Part shown: piece after piece, positions 55,613 to 64,000 of the stretch
Layout of the letters: each line of letters begins with the position of its first letter
Numbering within the stretch: the stretch's first letter is position 1
Assembly (NCBI GenBank): GCA_964016885.1
Contig: OZ024743.1
Span: forward strand, 22,196,001 to 22,260,000
Reading direction: 5' to 3'
Source: Eledone cirrhosa
Taxonomy: Eukaryota
DNA: 64,000 nucleotides
The notes under the pieces: generated by a model
Databases searched by the model: none
Told to the model about the DNA's origin: nothing
Seen by the model: only the letters and a program-made list of their open reading frames with translations
Program-made: the position numbers and the translations under genes

Positions 55613-55635
55613 GTGCCTCTTTCTTTGCCACCAAC

Positions 55636-58600
55636 ATGGCTGTGTTAAGAGTAGGTTGTCTAAATGCGCGTGGCCTGGGCTCACCTTGGAAGCAAGCTAA
55701 ACTTCTAAGTGACCTCAGGTCACAATGTATAAATGTGATGGTTATTTGCGAGGCCCGGATCAGCAGCATGCGACAGCTAACCCCCAACTTTGATGACTTT
55801 GAGATGCACGCATCTCTCTGTTAGCCCGGAGGTGGGGGTGGGGTTGTCGTTCTGCTGCAAAAACATCTAGGTCTCGCTACACAGACGGTACACTTGGACC
55901 CGGAGGGTCGACTCGTGGTTCTGGACCTTGGCAATGGTGAAGGCGAAGCTTCTAGGCTTGTCGCCGTATACGCCCCTTTTGGGGCAATGCGGTCGGACTT
56001 CTTCCATCGTCTGGAGACTTTTCTAGGGACGTCCCGCTCCTTGCTTTTAGTGGGGGACTGGAATGGTATCCTAGATGCACGTTGGGACTATGTAGGGGCA
56101 TGTCCCGATAGAGGGGGGTGTAACAGCCTTAAGGGGTTAATCGGCCGATTTGACCTGGCCGATAGATACCGACTAGATTTTCCGACTGTGCCAACCTGGA
56201 CTTGGTCAAATAACAGTGGTCAATCTAGATCGTACCTAGATAGGTTCTTAGTTAGAATTAAGGATAGGGACTTTTTAAGTTGTCCAGAAATGCTCATGGT
56301 GGGCTATTCAGACCACAAGTTAGTGACCTGCGTAGTCCACCTTGATAGAACGCATAGGCAGGGACCCGGTTACTGGAAGCTCAACTTGTCCTTACCGGCA
56401 AGTAGAGCTTACAGGGACCGGATTAGAGCCTTAGTTAAGGAGCGGTTGACGGGCGCCATCGTCAACAGCAGGTGGTGGGGCTCTATAAAAAGAGAGATTA
56501 GAGTAGTTTCAATAGGAGTTAGTAAGGAGTTAGCCTCAGATAGAAATAGGAAGGAAAGGGAGTTGGTAGTTAATGTTGAAGAGGCAATGAGAAGCGGCAA
56601 CGTGGCCAGAGTGCTAGCGTCGAGAACGGTATTGAACCAGTTCTTCGACGCGAAACACGAAGGCTGCGTTGTCCGAAGCAAAATACGTGCTCTGGGAAAC
56701 GAGGGGACCAAAGCTGTTAGCTGGGCCCGCGTGACAGAAGCGAAAAGTGGGATTAAATCCACTATCCGGTCTTTGCGAGACCAGGATGGACGGTTGATCC
56801 TTGAACCTAAGCACATGTGCGAGGCCTTTCAAAGGCACTTTGCCCGATTGTTCGGGAGGGGCGGGGGGCCGGTTGGGGATGTGGATTTCGGTCCATACCT
56901 CGACGGCCTGCCGCGTCTTTCGGACAAGGAGGCGAGGACCTGCGACGGGCCGATCTCAACTGCTGAAATAGGGGACGTGCTGAGCCTATGCGGCAAACGC
57001 AAATCTCCAGGGCTCGATGGTCTTCCCTACGAACTATATATTAATATGCCGGACTTGTTCCCCGATCTCCTCGAGGCGGTCTACTGCAACTGGCAACAGA
57101 ACGGGAGAATTCCCTGTTCTGTGACCAAGGGCGTAGTCTCGCTAGTGAGGAAGGACGAGAACAAGGGGATGACATTAGTAATTTTAGGCCCATAACTCTG
57201 CTAAATGCAGAGTTAAAGATTTTGGCCAAGGTGTTAGCGAAGAGGTTGGCGCTTGTCGTGGGGGGCCTGGTGGGAGATGCGCAGACATGCGCTATCCCGT
57301 CCAGGTCCATCCACGACAACCTCCACCTCATGCGATACATCATAGAGAGGGTTGGGAACGAACCCGGCTTTGGTGGGGCCCTGATAAATTTAGATCAGTC
57401 TAAAGCGTTCGATAGGGTGGACCATGGTTACCTGGATGCGGTGCTAGCGGCGGCTGGGTTCGGACCCGTTTTCAGGGGCTGGATCACTGCCATGCACAGC
57501 AGCTGCATCTGCTCGAGAGTCAAGGTGAACGGCTACATTTCGGAGCCGTTCGAAATCACCCGCTCCATCCGACAGGGGTGCCCTCTCTCCTCCCTTCTGT
57601 ATGTATTGGCTCTCGAGCCACTACTGCGGAAGCTGGAGTTGTTGCAGGGCATCCCTTTGGAACCGGGATTGCGCAAAGCGGTGTCGGCCTACGCCGATGA
57701 CGTAACAGTAATGGTGTCGACCACCTCGGAAATCGAGGCAATCGGCACCTTACTGGAGGAGTACGAAAAGTTGACAGGGGCTAAGCTGAATCGGGACAAG
57801 TCAGTCGCTCTGCAACTCGGTGAGTGGAGGGGCAAAGCGATGTCGTGCGACGGTATCGTCGGACGGTGGACGGAGGGCCCGGTGAAGTTGCTTGGGGTCT
57901 GGTTCGGACCGGACCTCCAGGTGGAGAAAAACTGGGGTGAGGTGACGAATAGGGTGTTTGCACTGACCCAGAAGTGGGCCGAGTGCAAACTATCCCTGAA
58001 AGGTCGGGCAGAGGTGGCGAACGCTTACATAGCGTCCGTCATCTATTACCGCTTGACTGTCGTGCCTTGCCCGGGTGAGATCCTCGCCAAAATGGAGCGC
58101 GCCCTCTTTTATTTCCTTTGGAAAAAGAGGTCTCCTCTGGTGAGGAGATCCATCTGCTGTCAACACCCTTTGAAAGGAGGGCTGGGGATGCCGTGGCTAA
58201 AAATGCGTAAACACGCATTGAGGCTAAGGCACCTCCAGGTATTCCTCACCGGTCAACCGGTGTGGGCCTCGTTTGTGAGGCGAGCCTTCCCGAGGCTCGT
58301 CTCGCTCACCGAGCTGCAGTCCTGGGTAAAGCAAAGACCGAGAAAACTGGGCGACTGGCACACCGAGTGTGCCCAGGCGCTCACTGCTCTCTGGCAGGCG
58401 GGCCCGGCTATCGACGGAGACTCCACCTCGTCATTCTATAGAGGGGTGGTGGTTAGCAGGTGCGACGACGCCCTCGGAGAAACCCTAGGCATGGAGGAGG
58501 ACGAACTGGCCAGTCTATTCGGTAGGACTTTCGGCCCGGGACCTATGGACAACTTCCAGAAGTCCTTGGCCTAGCAGTGCTACCGAGGGGCTCTGCCCGT

Positions 58601-59073
58601 TCGGGATAAGCTCTACAGACACGGGCGCCTGGGTAGGGACCCCTCGAAAAAGATCTGTCCCAGATGCGTGCGCGACGAGGAAACCGTCGTGCACGCACTG
58701 GTGCACTGCCCGGGCGTTGCCGATCTGTGGGGCTATGTCGAACAACTGCTGTCACGAGTGGGACCAATTAGGTTGACCACCGAGTCCATTGTAACGATCA
58801 AGCCGCCTCCCCCCCTTCAAAAATGAAGGAGAGGCGGTCTTTCTCTGTGTAATGGCCATGGTAAAAGAGGTTATATGGTGGACGCGTCTGAAAGGGCTGA
58901 GGTCGGACACCTTTCTTTCCGGCCAACAACTGGTCCTTTTCTTCCGATACCATTTCGGAAGAAGGATCAGGATGGAGAGAGAGGTGCTTCACTCCAGCCA
59001 GTTTTATGAAAGGTGGGGGAAAGTTGCGAGAATGGCCCGTGTGAATGGGCCTTCTCTCTACCTCAGCCTGTAG
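55636..59073 (+). pseudogene. LINE ORF2: APE endonuclease, RT and C-terminal zinc-binding region, disrupted
   Basis: LNARGL, VYAP, GDWN, YLDRF, SDH; KSPGLDG, DQSKAFD, RQGCPLS, YADD; CPRC...HALVHC; stops at 55822 and 58572, frameshifts near 57170 and 58810. Confidence 0.93.
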
Positions 59074-59527
59074 GTGGAACAGGAAGAAGGGAGCACCCCC
59101 TCTTTGTGCTCTCGTGGAGAAGGGTCGCACACTTTTTTTCGGGGGTGTGTGTGACCCCAAAACGATCCCTCCCTATTGAGGACCTTCTTGTTACTATTTT
59201 GTTTGTTATATTTTTCTTACTCGATTTTTATGTAAACTTCCCCCACCCATGTACATGTCCCTTTCTTTTGTGCCCTAGTGGCAAATAAACAGAAATTTGT
59301 CTGTCTGTCTGTCTATCTATATATTTATATCTATATAATTAATTGTTAGTCAATCAATGATAAACATTGATTGCCAGCTAAATTAACTATAGGGATATAA
59401 GATATACGGAAGCGAAAATCAACCCAAACCAAACAGTAAGTGTGTTTTATAATTATTTCTAGCAATATTATAACAATATGACGTCCCCAAATATAACAAT
59501 ATATGTATGCATTGAGTACCTTAGTAA

Positions 59528-59656
<129 letters not shown>

Positions 59657-59781
59657 TCATTAGTTAAGCAAAACAAGACCACAAATTTCACAAGGAAGAC
59701 ATTATTAAAAGATTGTCAACATATTTAGTTTGATGTAAGGAATGTAGAGAATAATAATAATAATAATATTAATAATAATAA

Positions 59782-61230
59782 TGCCCGTTTACAATTGTTT
59801 CGCTACTCCGTATAATATTTCTGGATCAGATGACTATGTATCATAATTGATCTGGTTCAGTTGAAAATAATTAACATATTTAAAAAAACAGAGTGGCTCA
59901 TCGGAACTCAAAGGAATATAAATTAAAATAATGTTACATAATATAATGTTCCATATATTAGTTTTTACTATTGTGCCTTTGTCTCATCAGCTGTCAGCCA
60001 TAATCAAGCAGTACTCATCTGTCGAGGCTGCATTGTGTGAGATCTGCCTATGGGTAACAAGATGGCTGCCAAAGGGCATATTTACCTTACTAATTAGAGG
60101 GTGGTTTCAGGGGAGGTAACTTCTCAAGAGATTAGAGATTGTGTGTATTTTATAGTTATATGCTAGTATTTAAATTATTTAATTGAGAGACAATGTAGAG
60201 GAGGTAACTTATAATTATCGAGTTGTTCATAGCAATTTGACTTATTAGCTACAATTAGAGATGGGGCTACATGACTAAGTTGGGTCAAAAACTCTATTGG
60301 CGAAGGAATTAGCCCTTCGATGTTGACAGCTAATGGTTACCTCCGTTCTATCGTTAATTGGTAGAGGTCTTGATAGAGTTATGTAATATGCTTCCGTAAC
60401 ACAGAGATCACAAGATTTCCTTCGTCCATTGAACGGTTGGGCCCTAGCTACGATATCCCATTTTAGTGAGTGTTGAATTTTGTTTAATTTAAGGTTTTTA
60501 ATGAGCCTAGCTAGCGATGTCGAACATCTGTTGCTAGGGTCTCGGAAGGAAAAAGAGTGCGCGTTATAGCGTACCTTAAAAGGGTTAAAGGTAGACCCGA
60601 TATAAGAGCTGGTATTCAAAGCAGTCTCAACTGTGCACCTATAGACTATGTTGGGTGTCAGGCAGTGTCCATTTAATGGGCATGCATTGGGGTACCGACA
60701 GTTGCAGTTGCTTCTGCGGTTAGTGATAGTAGGGTTATTTAACCTAAGCAGTTGGTCCGTGCTAGAAGGATTAGATGGGGGAGGTGTGCTACTAGAGTAA
60801 TTATTGGTGTAGTGGCGTGGTGTATTTGATAGGGGTGGTGGTACCGCGGTGTGGGAGTTATAGTGTCTTAGCTTATGATGGTTACTGAACGCGATGTGGC
60901 TAGCTAGGTTAGGTGTAGTGGAGAATGAGATTTTAATGTTGTTTTTATTAAAGAGTTTGTAATATCTATGGTTAGGGGGAAGTGTTTGGATAGGATAGAG
61001 AAGAAGCGATTGGGGATATTAGTGGCTAGATTAGATGAGAATGGTGGGTTAAGCCAGGTGATATTTCTAAGCCTATTCCTTCTAGAGGTTCTAGTGGAGT
61101 TGGTAGGGGCCTTCCTAGGGTTATTATTACCTGGGGGTTTGTTATTTGTCATCCCATTTCTCATTCCTATTCTAGGGTTGATTCTAAGTTTGCTCTGCGC
61201 ACCTAACCTCTGCATGAACCCAGCCACCTA
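59782..61230 (-). mobile_element. 5'-truncated PLE of a different lineage (GIY-YIG end plus 3' UTR)
   Basis: RNITWLNPPFS...KHFP, CNCRYPNACPLNGHC, IVYRC...YIGST, CDLC; frameshift near 60970; hammerhead motif in the UTR. Confidence 0.85.
59787..59907 (-). ncRNA. Variant hammerhead motif with an extended stem II
   Basis: GTT-CCGATGA-GCCACTC-(about 80 nt)-GAGTAGC-GAA-ACAATTGT-A-AAC. Confidence 0.65.
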
Positions 61231-61361
61231 GCTGCTTTTTACTGCATTTTGCACATTGAGCACATGCCTTTACGCTTTGGCTTCTAACTAACTCACCAAT
61301 CTTTCCTCTCATATCTCCTCTACTATTTCAATCTCTCTCTTTAAGATTGGTTACTCTTGAA

Positions 61362-61434
<73 letters not shown>

Positions 61435-61880
61435 GTTAGATATTCTCACTTGCTACGAATGCGCCAAGAAACAGTCCTTTTTACTGAGGGGTCTCTTGAT
61501 AAGCCGTATCAACCTCACAGCGATGATGTATTTTTATAGTGCAGAAAACGTTGCACACGGATCGGCGAAACTGCAGTCGTGACTTTGAAGAAAAAATAGG
61601 CTGATCGGTCACTGTATATTTTAGAAAATATATATTTTCACTAGCTCTGACAGTTGGCAGGTAAGCAGTATACTGTACCGATGAAGGGTAATCACCCAGA
61701 AACATTAGTGTCTGCAGTTCTGTTTATATGCCAACACAAGAGCAAGAATGATAGGGTCATTCTACTGACATGGCTTTAAAGAGGCTGTTTGCATAATTGC
61801 AAACGAATCGAATATTATTATTAATATTCGAAAAACTCAGATTACATTTACTGTATTCAGCCATGTAGAGCGATATATAT

Positions 61881-61917
<37 letters not shown>

Positions 61918-61919
61918 CA

Positions 61920-62685
61920 AAGTGTTAAAACGATCAAAGTTTAGTTTAGAACATTTATTAGCTGACAATTGTTTCTTCCAAAGGGAAGTCTGGATTCATC
62001 GGAGCACAGGAAATGTCGAAAACGTGTAACTAGAATCCTAGTTATTTAGAACATTTAGGGTACGTAGTTGTTATTAGTGTCAAAGGCATCATGTGGAGAT
62101 TCAGGAGTTAAAAAGATGTTCCGCTTGAAATAACACAATTACAGGCAGAACTGGTTGGAAGTGTAATAGGTATAAGTAAAAGCAAAAAGCACAAGCAAAA
62201 GAAATACAGGGAAAGAAGTTATAAGCAAGGACAATTGGTGTACAATGAAGGAGGAGTCAATACAGTCAATAATGCATGTATGAAATAAACATATTTTGTG
62301 GGGGGTGTTAAAGCATGTTATATTTGTTATAAACATTTAAGATGGCATGCAATTTGTTAGAGAGGCATGTGGTGATAATGTAGGTATTTTTTATGTAAGG
62401 TGTAATGTAAAGCACTTGATAGAGTTGGGTATGTGATTTTCATTTAAGTGTTTTTGTGTTGTAGTTCGTATTTATGTGCATGTGTTGTTTGTTACTCACA
62501 GCTATTAACCATGGGATTATTTTAAGTCGTTTATAGTCAATAGGTGTTTGTTTGTTAAATGTAAATTCCTCCGAATTACTGGCCATGTAGTTATTGGCCA
62601 TGTTGTTATTGTATTTTTTATCTGTAAATTATCTTTTCTAAGGTTTGTATTAACCGTTATTAAGCTGTTGGTAAACCGTTAGGTT
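61920..62685 (-). mobile_element. Probable degraded PLE 3' remnant
   Basis: Carries the same variant hammerhead and ends at (TA)n; coding similarity only weak. Confidence 0.5.
61961..62005 (-). ncRNA. Variant hammerhead motif
   Basis: GCT-CCGATGA-A-TCCA-gacttccctt-TGGA-A-GAA-ACAATTGT-C-AGC. Confidence 0.62.
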
Positions 62686-62803
62686 ACTTAATTTTATAAG
62701 CAAACATAAATATAAATATTACTATACATTTCACATCGGGCCAAAACGTAACATCCTCAAAATAGAAATGGACATACATACGGACATATATGATTTTCAC
62801 ACA

Positions 62804-62916
<113 letters not shown>

Positions 62917-63174
62917 TTACACATATACATTTACATACTCACACCAACAGACACACACATATGTATATTATTAAACGAGAAGAGAAAAAAGAGTATTCAA
63001 TAACAATGGTAGATTGATATAATTCATTGGAAGCTGAAGCTATACAAATGGTTGCACTGACATCCTTAATGACAATTTTTGGACTGTTGTGTAAAAATGG
63101 AAGATGTGTAGACATACATAACATACATACATAGATATGTACAGAGAAACACACATAACACACACATACACACT

Positions 63175-63211
<37 letters not shown>

Positions 63212-63778
63212 GTATGTATGTGTGTGAGTATCTGTACATATGTATATATATGTATGTATATATATGTATACGCAAATGTATATGTATATTTGTATGAGTG
63301 TGTGTGTGTGTGTGTGTGTAATGAACGCATGCTTTGGTGAATGTTGTACGAAACTACGGCATATTTTCATATCACATTCGTTATTTCCGACGCCACCTCG
63401 CCATGGTGTCATTCTAAACTAGGGAATGACAAATCCGACAACAGTAATCCTCTTTCCTTCTGCCTCGACGAAGTGATGGTCACCTAGCAACTGTAACTGC
63501 TAACATGTGTCTGGTTATTTCTGACCAGCCAGAGACAACAAATGCTTTTCATGGATGTCTTCACTTACTTTTCATACACATTTTTAACCTATCACTCTCT
63601 TTTTCTTATTCTTCTTCGTGCTCTTGCTCGACGAGACCTGGGTCATCCTAAGCTAGCGTTTCGAAAGCAGCGTCGTGCGTAGAGCCGACCCGGTCCACCA
63701 GTGCTGTCCATCCCTGGTGGTCATGTGGCAATTCCTCTGCATCCTCCAAAGTTATGTCAAGTTTCCGGAGATCTTCCC

Positions 63779-63971
63779 TAATAATTGTTTCTACTTTTGG
63801 CACAAGGCCAGCAATTCCACCAGTGTATTACTGGTACTTTATTTTATCGACCCCGTAAGGATGAAAAGCAAAGTTAACCTCGGCGGGATTTGAACTCAGA
63901 TCATAAAGAACCATAACTCTATGCTGCAAAGAATGGCGTCCGACACTCTACCGATACTGCCAATCCACCGC
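63779..63971 (-). mobile_element. Full-length tRNA-derived SINE with TSD
   Basis: A box TGGCAGTATCGG, B box GAGTTCAAATC; 13-bp TSD cttccctaataat at 63773 and 63971. Confidence 0.9.
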
Positions 63972-64000
63972 TTCCCTAATAATATACAGCCATCTGGTGT

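Larger units (their letters stand above)
53705..59297 (+). mobile_element. Near full-length L1/Tx1-type LINE
   Basis: 5' UTR, ORF1, ORF2 and 3' UTR with AATAAA near 59284; (TCTG)n on both sides. Confidence 0.92.

Noticed and set aside
63779-63971. A and B boxes as a tRNA gene
   Set aside because: No cloverleaf; it is the head of a multicopy SINE with a TSD.

Overview
AT-rich eukaryotic (animal) DNA made almost entirely of microsatellites and transposable elements; I found no host protein-coding gene. The abundant tRNA-derived SINE resembles repeats I associate with Octopus genomes, so a cephalopod source is likely (recognition, not a search result). Main contents: (1) several Penelope-like elements (PLEs; RT plus C-terminal GIY-YIG), including a 5.6-kb inverted pair, with six hammerhead-ribozyme motifs at PLE 3' ends, two with a variant CCGAUGA core; (2) a composite Helitron with a decayed Rep-helicase, an internal duplication and an exact head-to-tail junction, plus two non-autonomous Helitrons; (3) a decayed CRE-type LINE with an N-terminal PHD-like finger; (4) a near full-length L1/Tx1-type LINE between (TCTG)n tracts; (5) hAT-type MITEs, foldback palindromes, RTE-related non-autonomous elements and many SINEs. 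The best novelty candidate is the PLE family with an approximately 65-aa conserved RT insertion at the position of the telomerase insertion-in-fingers domain, whose apparent ORF start lies in its 3' tail just before (TA)n. Nearly all other ORFs in the track are microsatellite or antisense artefacts.
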